From positions 1 to 59,702 of the forward strand of contig CAYYNL010000002.1 in the NCBI GenBank assembly GCA_964472925.1: 59,702 bases of DNA, in the 5' to 3' direction. This DNA comes from an uncultured Fibrobacter sp. GTDB taxonomy: Bacteria > Fibrobacterota > Chitinivibrionia > Chitinivibrionales > Chitinispirillaceae. This document shows, one piece after another, positions 9,823 through 19,341 of this stretch. The stretch's first letter is position 1. Each line of letters starts with the position of its first letter. Below the pieces are notes generated by a model. The model did not search any database. It saw nothing but the letters and a program-made list of their open reading frames with translations, and was not told the origin of the DNA. The translations under genes were made by a program, and so were the position numbers.

Positions 9823-10341
9823 ATGATTGAAAACACCGGATTTATTTACTGCCCCCGATGCTCTAAAGCATCATTGGAAAAATTCCATACCAATGGTATT
9901 AGATGCAAAGAATGTCATTTTGTTTATTTTCACAATACCGCTTCAGCAAGCGGTGCCATCATCTTTTCAAATAAAGGCATATTACTCATCAGAAGAGCTC
10001 AACCACCAAAGAAAGGTTTTCTTGATGTCCCAGGGGGCTTTGTCGATTATGGCGAAACATTGGAATCTGCACTGAAAAGAGAAGTCCATGAAGAATTAAG
10101 TGTTGATATTACAGATTACAAGTATCTGGGATCATTCCCAAATACCTATCTTTACGAAAGTGTTACCTACCACACTGTTGATGCTTTCTACATCTGTCAT
10201 TATGATGAAAGTCAAACACTTCTGCCAAACGAGGAAATCGAGGAAATTGTGTGGGTGACCGATATCAATTCGTTGCAGATGAATCTTTTGGCTTTTGATT
10301 CAACTAAAGCAGCGCTATCTAAAGTAAAAGATCACTGGTAA
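9823..10341 (+). CDS. NUDIX hydrolase with N-terminal zinc ribbon
   Basis: Nudix box GGFVDYGETLESALKREVHEELS. N-terminal CPRC...CKEC zinc-ribbon as in NADH-pyrophosphatase-like Nudix enzymes. Confidence 0.8.
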   Translation: MIENTGFIYCPRCSKASLEKFHTNGIRCKECHFVYFHNTASASGAIIFSNKGILLIRRAQPPKKGFLDVPGGFVDYGETLESALKREVHEELSVDITDYKYLGSFPNTYLYESVTYHTVDAFYICHYDESQTLLPNEEIEEIVWVTDINSLQMNLLAFDSTKAALSKVKDHW

Positions 10342-11429
10342 TGCTTTATCAGCTCTTCCATTTTCTGACTGATTTTGTCCCAGCTCAACTCTTTAGCCCT
10401 CCTGATGGCATTTTTTTCCAACCGTTCACGTTTTTCTGGGTCAAGAAGTACAGAAACCGCCTTATCACAGAAATCCTCAATATTATCCGGTTCGTACAAT
10501 AAACCTGTTACCCTGTCCTGAACAGAATCACGTAACCCAGCTACATTACTGGAAAGAGAAATCGTACCACAAAGATTCGCTTCGATATTGTTTATCCCCC
10601 ATCCCTCTTTAGCCGAAGGATTAACAAACAATGATGCTTGGCTCAGCAGATCCCTCTTATACTCTTCAGTTATCCGACCTGAAAAAACAACTGCATTCTT
10701 GACACCTTTGTCCTCAGCGATTTTTCTGAGATCATCTATATAATCCCCCCAGCCGCCTATCTCCAAAGTAACACCTTCAACCCTTTTTCTAAGTTCAGGT
10801 AAGGCGCTGATTATAAATTGGACATTCTTATACTTCATCAGACGACCTACATAAACCAGAAGCGGAGATCTGGACTTGGGCTTTGATGGGTAAAAATAGG
10901 AGGTATCAATGCCGGGCTCTACAATAGTGATTCTGTCTTTGGGAATTCCAAACTTCTGAATGTCTAAGCTGGTACTTTCAGAAATGGCTACGAATCTTTC
11001 TTTTCTATAAAAAAGCGAAACCAGACTTTCCATTAAATAGACATATAAAGCAAATATGAAGTTAGTCTCTCTGAAAACAGATTTCCTGAAAAAATGCATT
11101 ACCATGTGTAAACGCTTGCAATGCACAAAAAGAGGAGTAAAAAAAGGAATTTTGTTGATATCCTCTACTATCAAATCATACTGACCCTGATTTCTGATTA
11201 AGAAACCTATTGTAGAGAAATTAAACAGTAATTTGTTTCCCTTTCTTATCACCTTAATACCATCTATGATCTCGCAAGCTGAAGCCCCCTTGAATGAGTG
11301 GGCCAGTACAGTTATTTCATACCCACAGGGAACCATTCTTCTGAAAATCTCATGATAGTACATCTCTGCACCACCAGCTTCAGGGTTTTTTATGTCACGC
11401 CAGTTAATTACAAGAATCTTCTTAATCAT
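10332..11429 (-). CDS. glycosyltransferase family 4
   Basis: MIKKILVINWRDIKNPEAGGAEMY start and the C-terminal motif NPSAKEGWGINNIEANLCGTISLSSNVAG. Start trimmed to ATG 11429 from the ORF-track start at 11519. Confidence 0.75.
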   Translation of the reverse strand: MIKKILVINWRDIKNPEAGGAEMYYHEIFRRMVPCGYEITVLAHSFKGASACEIIDGIKVIRKGNKLLFNFSTIGFLIRNQGQYDLIVEDINKIPFFTPLFVHCKRLHMVMHFFRKSVFRETNFIFALYVYLMESLVSLFYRKERFVAISESTSLDIQKFGIPKDRITIVEPGIDTSYFYPSKPKSRSPLLVYVGRLMKYKNVQFIISALPELRKRVEGVTLEIGGWGDYIDDLRKIAEDKGVKNAVVFSGRITEEYKRDLLSQASLFVNPSAKEGWGINNIEANLCGTISLSSNVAGLRDSVQDRVTGLLYEPDNIEDFCDKAVSVLLDPEKRERLEKNAIRRAKELSWDKISQKMEELIKHYQ

Positions 11430-11882
11430 AAACCCGTAAATTCTTTTACATCTCTTTCCTATATACTTTTTAGAATGAGAAAAATAACTTCTGCCCTTCT
11501 CTTTTAACAGAAACTGCAACTATTAAGTTATTATATTTAGTGTGAAATTTCAGTATTGCCTGATTAATCAAAGTTGATCAATCAAATAAATTCCAAACAA
11601 AAAAAAGAACAAAAATAAAGACCTCTATCCTGTTTTGAATTTCGAATTCCGTATTTTCCTGCTCCAGTTTCTGTTTAGAATTTGGGTATTGTATTCGTGA
11701 TGATTTGGAGTTTTCAGGTCTGAAATTTAAAACAAACAGCTTTTATAGTGATTTTTTGTTGATTTAATCGGACACTATTGACGAAATTTTAATTTTGTAA
11801 TAAAACTTTTTATCGGACGCTCTATTGAACTCTGAGGAGCTTCTTTCAATTCATTTTGTTACTTGTTCAATCCGGCAAGACA

Positions 11883-12857
11883 ATGACTTCTAATAACATC
11901 TTTTATTTAGCCCCTATCCGTGGAATTACTGATCACATTTTCAGAAACACATTCGAGACCTTCTTCGCCAAATTTGATTTTCTGGTCACTCCCTTTATTC
12001 CAACAGTAAAAGGAGATTTCATAAATCCATCTATACTCCGTGATATCGATCCCTGTCACAATGATATTACAAGGGTTATTCCACAGATCATTGGTAATAA
12101 CCCGCAGGAGATAAGAGCTCTGGCCAATAAAATGTGTGAATTTGGCTACTCTGCTGTAAATCTCAACTTCGGATGTCCTCACCTGCCGGTAACCAGGAAA
12201 AAACGGGGAGCCGGTATTCTCCCCTATCCTGATATGATAAGATCCATATTGGATCAACTGCCTTTTCAGAGCTGTTCATTTTCTGTTAAGATACGCCTGG
12301 GGCTTGAAAATGAAAATGATATGGAAAGAACCATCCCACTTTTTAATGATTATCCACTCTCGGAGATCATCATTCATCCCAGGACCGGTGCTCAGATGTA
12401 CAAAGGATCGGTAAACCTGGATGCCTTTCAGAGATGTCTGTCCCTAAGCAGGCACATTTTGGTTTTTAATGGCGATATCTTCTCCTCAGAAGATTTTAGA
12501 TGTAAACAAAACCAATTTCCTCAAATCAATCGATGGATGCTGGGAAGAGGGGTTCTGTACAATCCATTTCTGCTCAGTATACTACGTGGACAGAGTCCAG
12601 ATTGCAGTATAATATATCTGAAAAATTTCCATGATGAAATAATGAAACAAAGCAGTCAAATCCTCTCAGGCCCTTCACATCTGCTTGGAAAAATGAAAGG
12701 GCTCTGGACTTATTTGGCAGCTTCACTGGTAGATGGTAAACGTATCCTAAAGAAGATACAGAAGACTTCCTGCCTGAAAAATTATAATGAGCTTATTAAC
12801 AGACTTTTTGACGATCAGTTGACTGCTCACTCCTCAAATTCTGTTTTTCTCCAGTGA
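11883..12857 (+). CDS. tRNA-dihydrouridine synthase (Dus family)
   Basis: LAPIRGITDHIFRN, NLNFGCPHLPVTRKKRGAGIL (catalytic Cys region) and IHPRT motifs are typical of Dus flavoenzymes. ATG at 11883 chosen over the TTG at 11856. Confidence 0.75.
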   Translation: MTSNNIFYLAPIRGITDHIFRNTFETFFAKFDFLVTPFIPTVKGDFINPSILRDIDPCHNDITRVIPQIIGNNPQEIRALANKMCEFGYSAVNLNFGCPHLPVTRKKRGAGILPYPDMIRSILDQLPFQSCSFSVKIRLGLENENDMERTIPLFNDYPLSEIIIHPRTGAQMYKGSVNLDAFQRCLSLSRHILVFNGDIFSSEDFRCKQNQFPQINRWMLGRGVLYNPFLLSILRGQSPDCSIIYLKNFHDEIMKQSSQILSGPSHLLGKMKGLWTYLAASLVDGKRILKKIQKTSCLKNYNELINRLFDDQLTAHSSNSVFLQ

Positions 12858-15800
12858 ACATATACATGGCAGGTGCGACAAACAGAGTCATTGTTGTCGA
12901 TACGATTATCCCACCTATTGCAGTTAATGCAAATGGCTTGCCTATGCTGGATTCGGATAATGCCAGAGGAAGCAAGACAAGTACGATAGCAAGATTTACC
13001 ATCAGTATTACATTGAATTTGACTCTGCAGGCGTCCACTATTGAGTCGAGTCTGCCTATTCCCTCCTTCTGCTTCCTATAAGCATAATTGATTAAAAGAA
13101 TAGTATTATTGACAACGACATCGATAAACACAATAGTTGACATCAGAGTCACCATGGAAATATTCTGTCCTGTCAGAAACAGGGTCCAAAAGACTCCTAT
13201 CAGCCCCAGTGAAAGAGTCACCATAACCAGAAACGGCTGAAGAACCGACTCTATGCACCCGGTCAGAATCATAAATGTCAAAACAATGGCAAGAATCATA
13301 GCAAAGAAAAGTGTCCGTTTGGACCCATTCATTTTCTCCTGTTTTCCACCATAATGTATGCTGCATCCTGATGGCACATCGATCTTATCAATTAAAGATT
13401 TCAATTCTGCGTTTTTTTTCCCAATCTTACCTGAAGATACATTTGCCATGACAGTAACCAACCTCTGCCGGTTCTTTCGAATGATATTTACAGCCCGGAC
13501 ATCCTGTTTCATTTCTGCAAGAACCTTTACCGGAATATTGCCTTTTGAAGTTTCAATGGAAATATTCTCTACAGCATCTATGGTATTACGATCCTCAGGT
13601 GAATACTGCACTCTGACAGTATGCTTATCACTCTCATCCCAAAAAACATCAGCTTCATTACCGGTAATACTGTTACGAATATCTTGTCCCATATTCAATA
13701 CAAAAATTCCATACTCATCTAGCAATTGACGATTTGGAATTATTGCTATCTCTGGTCTGGCTTCTTTCCAAGAGATTCTCGAATCCACCAATCCTGACAC
13801 ACTCTCTATCAGCGATTTTACAGTGTCTGCCAAAGAAAGAATCTGATGCATCTGATCCCCTGATATCTCAACACTTATGTCACATTCACCGGTCATATCA
13901 CCAATGCTATTTAAATCTTTCACTATTATACTGGCATCAGGAATATCGGAAAGCATAGAGCGAATAACATTGGCAATCTCCTTTGCAGTCCTGCTGCGCG
14001 CATGGTGATTCTTTAACTGTAAAGTCAGCTCCGCGAAATTAACACCGGCATTTGTTCCATGGCCACCCAATGATGAATAAATACTATGAATTTCAGGAAT
14101 TTCAGACAGACGCTTTTCAATATTAAGAAGAACACGGTCTGTTTCCTTCATCGAAGTGCCTGAAAACATTTCGATATTGATAGATATTAGTCCTTCATCT
14201 CCCCCAGGACAAAATTCCATCTCCAGTTTTGGTACTATTTTGATGACAGTTACAATTACCAGTACAAGTATCATCAGAACGGTCAGAAACCTGTATTTAA
14301 TAATCCTCTTTAAAAGCGATATATAGCTGTTTTCCAACAAATGAAAGACTCGCCCCATCCACCCCATTCCGGAATTCTTGCCTTTTAACAACAATGATGC
14401 CATCATGGGGACCAATGTAAATGAAAGGAACAGAGAGGCAACTGAAGTGAAAACAACAGTAAATCCCAGTGATCTGAAAATCTGTCCAGTTATTCCTTGT
14501 ATATATAGAACAGGAAGAAATACCGCGATATTGGTAAGCACCGAAGCCATCACAGCAGTAAGCACTTCACCTGCCCCCATTATAGTAGCTTCCATAACCG
14601 GTATTCCACTATTTCTGTGTCTTAGAATGTTTTCGAGCACGACAATGATACTGGTAACCATAGTACATACAGAAATCGCCAAACCCGTCATTGTCATCAA
14701 ATTACTGGAAAATTCAAATATCTGTAAACCAATGAATGTTATTAAAATGGAGAGGGGAACAGTCAGCGCCGCAGTTATTGTAACTTTAAAATTCCCCAGG
14801 AAAAGAATCATCATGGCTATAATAAATCCCAATCCCAGAAGTATATTGACATATATTTCCTTGACTGTATCACGGACATATTCAGCCCTGTCCAGAGCTA
14901 CATTTAAGACTGTTCCATCATTCATTTCACTATTAAATTTATCTACTATTTCCTTAACAGCTCTGGACAAATTCACTATGTTTGCATCACTTCTTTTATA
15001 GATGGACAGACCAACCGAGTTCTGTGAATTAAAACGGGTCAACTCCCTGATTTCCTTAAACGTATCAACTACATCGGCTATGGTATGCAAAGGCACTACT
15101 GCTTCACCTGTTTTACTGTTCACCGGAATACCGATATTTTTTATCTGATCGATGCTCTCAAATTGTCCCAGCACTCTTACCGTATACTCTTTTCTGTTGC
15201 CTGTAACATAACCTCCTGAAATATCAGCCGCTTGAGAGGAAATTATTTCAGCAACAGACTTAACAGAAAGATTGAGAGCATCTAGACGGGCCTTCCTTAA
15301 ATTTACCTGGATCTCACGTTGCCGTCCTCCGGTGATAAAGATATGAGTAACACCACTTATCTTGAGCAGACGGTCTTTGATGTTTTTTTCTGCTATCAAG
15401 CGTAATCTTTCAGGACTGTGAAACCCGGTCAAAGCCAGATTAAGTACTGGTTGATTATTAATATCATATTTGCAGATGATCGGTCTCTTCATATCATCGG
15501 GCAGTTCAAATAATATGGCATCGATTTTATTTTGCACATCTATAGCAGCAATATCCGGATCAACACCAATATTAAATTCCACAATGATATATCCGGTCCC
15601 TTCGGAGGTAACGGAAGTGATATTTTTGACATTTTTAATAGTTGAAAGTTGCTCTTCGATCGGTTTTATTACAGCAGTTTCTATCTTCTGTGGCGAAGCG
15701 CCTGTATAGTTTGTCTGTACCGAAATATAAGTGGATTCAATTTCAGGCATAAGATCAACTGGTACATTATAGAAAGCGATGACCCCGAAAATCGCCAGAG

Positions 15801-15858
15801 CCAAAATTAACATAATCATTAAAAGGGGCCGCTTAACACTCAATCTGATCAAAAACAT
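12796..15858 (-). CDS. RND family efflux transporter, inner-membrane permease (AcrB/HAE1-like)
   Basis: 1020 aa. Twelve-TM plus two large periplasmic loops. N-terminal MFLIRLSVKRPLLMIMLILALAIFGVIAF is typical of the ACR_tran family. Confidence 0.9.
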   Translation of the reverse strand: MFLIRLSVKRPLLMIMLILALAIFGVIAFYNVPVDLMPEIESTYISVQTNYTGASPQKIETAVIKPIEEQLSTIKNVKNITSVTSEGTGYIIVEFNIGVDPDIAAIDVQNKIDAILFELPDDMKRPIICKYDINNQPVLNLALTGFHSPERLRLIAEKNIKDRLLKISGVTHIFITGGRQREIQVNLRKARLDALNLSVKSVAEIISSQAADISGGYVTGNRKEYTVRVLGQFESIDQIKNIGIPVNSKTGEAVVPLHTIADVVDTFKEIRELTRFNSQNSVGLSIYKRSDANIVNLSRAVKEIVDKFNSEMNDGTVLNVALDRAEYVRDTVKEIYVNILLGLGFIIAMMILFLGNFKVTITAALTVPLSILITFIGLQIFEFSSNLMTMTGLAISVCTMVTSIIVVLENILRHRNSGIPVMEATIMGAGEVLTAVMASVLTNIAVFLPVLYIQGITGQIFRSLGFTVVFTSVASLFLSFTLVPMMASLLLKGKNSGMGWMGRVFHLLENSYISLLKRIIKYRFLTVLMILVLVIVTVIKIVPKLEMEFCPGGDEGLISINIEMFSGTSMKETDRVLLNIEKRLSEIPEIHSIYSSLGGHGTNAGVNFAELTLQLKNHHARSRTAKEIANVIRSMLSDIPDASIIVKDLNSIGDMTGECDISVEISGDQMHQILSLADTVKSLIESVSGLVDSRISWKEARPEIAIIPNRQLLDEYGIFVLNMGQDIRNSITGNEADVFWDESDKHTVRVQYSPEDRNTIDAVENISIETSKGNIPVKVLAEMKQDVRAVNIIRKNRQRLVTVMANVSSGKIGKKNAELKSLIDKIDVPSGCSIHYGGKQEKMNGSKRTLFFAMILAIVLTFMILTGCIESVLQPFLVMVTLSLGLIGVFWTLFLTGQNISMVTLMSTIVFIDVVVNNTILLINYAYRKQKEGIGRLDSIVDACRVKFNVILMVNLAIVLVLLPLALSESSIGKPFALTAIGGIIVSTTMTLFVAPAMYMFTGEKQNLRSEQSTDRQKVC

Positions 15859-15884
15859 GAATTATCCCCACCATCATCCCAGAT

Positions 15885-16931
15885 TCATTCATCTACTATC
15901 TTCACTCTGGCCCCATCAGTCAACATACTGCTGCCACTGACAACCACCAGATCTCCCTCAGATACTCCAGAAGCAATCTCCAGCATCTCTTCACCTCTGA
16001 TCCCCACACTGACAGGTACTTTTTTAGCCTGAAGATCTTTAATTACATACACGAATTTTTCTCTTCCCTCCGAAATAACCACCTCTACAGGTAATGAGAT
16101 CACATTTTTCTTATTATCAACAATAACTTTAACCGGAACGTACATACCAGGTTTAAGCACTTTTCCAGGATTATCGAAAAGCGCCTCAATAATAAAAGTG
16201 TGAGTCGCTTGCTGTCCAGAAAGAGCTACCTTCACGATTGATCCATGAATAGAATCAGCAGCGATTGCCTTCTGACCGGTTTTAAATTTATTGATAAGAA
16301 TATCACTTACCACAATCGGCACCCTTATACTGTCGATTCTGGCAATCGTCACCAGTTTGTCTCCGGCATTAACCCTTTTATTATCAGTCTGAAACAGATT
16401 AACAACTGTACCTGAAAAGGGTGCAGGGATAAACTGATTTTTACGCATTGCTTCCATATCCTCTTTGGCTGCCAGGCAAGTAGCCTCTATTTGATCGATC
16501 GTTTCCTGTGAAACTCCTCCCTGTTCAGCCAGAGCCAGTAGCCGCTCACGAGATTTTCTACTTGTCTCATATTGAGTTTTGGCCAAATTATAGTTTACTG
16601 CAACATCGGGTTCAATAGTCATTAATGATGAATTCTGCTCTACTTTATCACCAACCGATACATTTACAGTGGTAATCTTGCCGGTAATTGCTGAAGTGAT
16701 TGTAGTCTGGTAATACCCTTCTGCTGTTCCACCCAGAAATTCATAAGAAACAATCGCAGACTTTTCAGCCTTCATCACCCTAACCGGATATCCCTCCCGT
16801 TTCCGGATATCTGCAATGCTTTCCACACTTTCAACTGTTTTCTGCTTGCAGCCAGCCATGATCAAACCAGCAAAGATTGCTGCCAGAACAAAGAGGTTAA
16901 AAACAGAATCTTCTTTTACCTTCCAAATCAT
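15885..16931 (-). CDS. RND efflux periplasmic adaptor (membrane fusion protein, lipoprotein)
   Basis: 348 aa with a lipobox (LIMAGC). Lipoyl/hairpin/beta-barrel pattern (ITGKITTVNVSVGDKVEQNSSLMTIE ... GMYVPVKV). Sits between the TolC-like and RND genes. Confidence 0.85.
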   Translation of the reverse strand: MIWKVKEDSVFNLFVLAAIFAGLIMAGCKQKTVESVESIADIRKREGYPVRVMKAEKSAIVSYEFLGGTAEGYYQTTITSAITGKITTVNVSVGDKVEQNSSLMTIEPDVAVNYNLAKTQYETSRKSRERLLALAEQGGVSQETIDQIEATCLAAKEDMEAMRKNQFIPAPFSGTVVNLFQTDNKRVNAGDKLVTIARIDSIRVPIVVSDILINKFKTGQKAIAADSIHGSIVKVALSGQQATHTFIIEALFDNPGKVLKPGMYVPVKVIVDNKKNVISLPVEVVISEGREKFVYVIKDLQAKKVPVSVGIRGEEMLEIASGVSEGDLVVVSGSSMLTDGARVKIVDE

Positions 16932-16962
16932 AATATCTGCCTCATTCAGGATTGATCAGACA

Positions 16963-18345
16963 CTAAATATTACCCATCAAAAGTTTCAGACTAATAAGTG
17001 CATTCTGAAAGGAAAACTGAGCTGCGTTAAGTGACATTTTTGCACTGTTAAGTTCAAACTCTGCATTTTGCACATCAAGAATAGTCTTGCTACCTACTTC
17101 AAAAGCTTTTCTGGCGATTAGATACCGTTTTTCCGCCAACTGTATGAGGCTTCTGGTAGACAAAAGATTAATATTGCTCTGATGAACCTGCTCGTAAGCA
17201 TTGCGGGCCTTAAGTTCCAGAGTTTCAACTACTTTCTGTCGGGAAAGTCTGAACTTTTCCCGTTCTGCTTCTGCCTGCTTGAGTTTGTAAATTTTGCTCA
17301 ATCCGGTGAATATATCCCAGCTCAATCCCACATAGACTCTGCTTTCATTACCCAAACCCGGCTCAAAAATGTCAGAAGCATCATTAAAAAACCCATACCC
17401 ATAAACTGATGCACCAGCATAGATAGCGGGATAGAACTCACTCCTGGCAAGCCTTACCAGATTGTCCTGAATTTCTTCTGCTCCCTGAAGCTTAATGATA
17501 TCCGGATTCTTTCTGTGAACAAGCGCAAGAACACTGTCAATGCTTAAAGTAAACTCTGTCTGTTCAAATTCACCATCAACAGAAAAACCGGAAAGATCTT
17601 CATTGATTCCAGACTTGGTCATGATTTCTTGGTAAACAGTTCTTAAAGAACTCTGGGCTTTCTGCAGTTCGATTCTGGCTTTTTCCAAATTAAACAGTGA
17701 ACTGATAGTATCCAGTTCATTTGCCCTGCCAACCAGATAAGTAATAACTGCAAGCCGGTGGGTCTGCTCTGCCAACATTACCGCCTCAGAGCAGATAGTA
17801 ACATTTTTCTGAGCCAAAACTGCGCTGTAAAATGAAATCATAATTTCAGATTTGAGCTTCATCTTTTCAAAATTATATTTGCATAACAAAGTGCGGTGAT
17901 ATGCTTTTGCAACTTTCTTTCCCAGCCTGACTTTACCTTGCGCAAAAATTGCCTGTTTTATATCCAAAGAAGCTGTTATTGCATTATCTGGCATCAACAT
18001 CATCTCACCTGCCAGAGACAAGCTCTGGGATATTATCGATTCGGCAAGATGTTTGTCAGTGATATCAGAATTCTGCAGATTTGTGTTGAGGCTGTTTTGA
18101 AGCTTCTGATCATCTATGAAGAAAAAATTATTACCATGATCAATATTGAGAGATGCACTGATCTGAGGGAGCCCCCTGCCGGTAATTTCAAGAACATAAG
18201 CATCGGCTTTCTTGAGCTCAAGTTCCATACTTTTTAGTTCTTTTGAATTGTGTATTGCTGAAATAAGCAGTTCCTCAAGCGTATAAACCTCAGAAAAGGT
18301 GGTAAAAACCAGGATAAATAGTAGTAGGAATATGCGACCAGCCAT
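16963..18345 (-). CDS. TolC-family outer membrane efflux protein
   Basis: About 460 aa with a signal peptide (MAGRIFLLLFILVFTTFS). Two repeats of the OEP coiled-coil pattern. First gene of the efflux operon. ATG 18345 chosen over the TTG at 18372. Confidence 0.8.
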   Translation of the reverse strand: MAGRIFLLLFILVFTTFSEVYTLEELLISAIHNSKELKSMELELKKADAYVLEITGRGLPQISASLNIDHGNNFFFIDDQKLQNSLNTNLQNSDITDKHLAESIISQSLSLAGEMMLMPDNAITASLDIKQAIFAQGKVRLGKKVAKAYHRTLLCKYNFEKMKLKSEIMISFYSAVLAQKNVTICSEAVMLAEQTHRLAVITYLVGRANELDTISSLFNLEKARIELQKAQSSLRTVYQEIMTKSGINEDLSGFSVDGEFEQTEFTLSIDSVLALVHRKNPDIIKLQGAEEIQDNLVRLARSEFYPAIYAGASVYGYGFFNDASDIFEPGLGNESRVYVGLSWDIFTGLSKIYKLKQAEAEREKFRLSRQKVVETLELKARNAYEQVHQSNINLLSTRSLIQLAEKRYLIARKAFEVGSKTILDVQNAEFELNSAKMSLNAAQFSFQNALISLKLLMGNI

Positions 18346-18793
18346 ATCAATCCAATTCTCTATAGACAGCAAGTTGCTACAGATTTCAGTTTGCTCCCCC
18401 CCTGCTGCCCTGAAAACCTCTCATTCCGACCACATTCTCCTAAGGTTTTCAAGGAGTACAACCGGTTTTAAAATACTAATTACATCTTGCCATTAGAAAC
18501 TGCAAAAAAGTTAGCATCAACAGCAGAATTTTTTATTAAAACAAAATACCAAAGATTTTTTATGGCGAAAAGATAGTTCAATGGCAAATATGAACGGCTC
18601 TTCTTACCTATGTAATTTTGCGTTTTGGGGCAAAAGTTTGTTTACAACAAATCCGTAATTCTTTACAATAACTAACTTTGATTTAAAAATTTACTTCGGA
18701 TTTGTTGAGAGATGCAGATAAAGAAAGGAAGATTTAAAAGCAGTCTCAACAGCTTTATTTATAGCTATTATAGAAACTTTCTATGGGTCAGCA

Positions 18794-18931
18794 CAGTCAA
18801 GTTACTACCGCCACAGGAGTAGTACTTGATTGAGCGGCAAAGCCATTAAAGCAAGAAGGCACGATAGCGCCTTTACGAGACATCTGGCTTCACTGGCTTA
18901 GCCAGTGGTTTCCTGAAAGCCAAAAATGAAA
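18794..18931. repeat. copy A of a ~139-nt structured intergenic repeat (candidate ncRNA)
   Basis: Aligns by eye over its full length, roughly 85-90% identity, with 58182-58320 in the same orientation. Contains a bulged 12-bp hairpin (18796-18830), a GGCAC-GATA-GCGCC hairpin and a CACTGG-CTTAG-CCAGTG hairpin. Confidence 0.6.
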
Positions 18932-19097
18932 GAGAGAAAATAAAGTAAAGGATAATCGGTGAACTCGTCAAAATAAAATGTTTAAAGTGGTTATTTGGTG
19001 CAACTTTGTTAACATGGAAAATTGGTTGTGGATTGGTTGTGAAATTTGTAATTTGGACTTTTCTTTTCGGGATTGGTTCTGATTTGATGCTTACAGT

Positions 19098-19129
19098 TTT
19101 ATAGCTTTATAGCTTTATAGCTTCATAAC
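19098..19129. repeat. tandem 8-mer TTTATAGC x3 plus one degenerate unit (TTCATAAC)
   Basis: Read directly: tttatagc tttatagc tttatagc ttcataac. Further exact single copies at 18758-18765 and 19300-19307, the latter 35 nt upstream of the UGPase ATG. Confidence 0.85.
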
Positions 19130-19341
19130 TACAGGAAATTGCTGAGTAGTTTGATAAAATAATCATCCTGTTTAGCCGTAGATATCGTTTCATTTTACCC
19201 ATGAATAGCGACACATTAAGTATATTAATTAGATGAGCTATTTGTAAAATGAACATGGCAGAAGTTTTGCCGTATTATTTTAATAGAAATTTTCTATCTT
19301 TTATAGCTGCTTAAACCCAATAAATTACCCAGAATTCGATT

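Noticed and set aside
11629-11710. Shared string TCCTGTTT-G-ATTTC-AATTC with 36822-36846, and similar ATTTG/GATTGG-rich texture in the 19.0-kb spacer, as a possible dispersed intergenic repeat
   Set aside because: The match is only about 20 of 25 nt and decays immediately. In T-rich intergenic DNA I cannot distinguish it from chance without a genome-wide count.
14378-15001. 207-aa plus-strand ORF, along with several other ORFs of 60-150 aa antisense to large genes (for example 2997-3443, 13358-13729 and 30895-31302)
   Set aside because: All are embedded antisense in ORFs with clear family signatures (RND permease, UPF0104 membrane protein, PilZ protein). They have no motifs or ribosome-binding sites and are typical shadow frames of AT-rich DNA.
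18564-18610. tRNA-like start (GGCGAAAAGATAGTTCAATGGC...)
   Set aside because: The D-arm cannot close, and no anticodon stem or T-arm (GTTCGAATC-like) follows. It is not a tRNA and is at most a decayed fragment.
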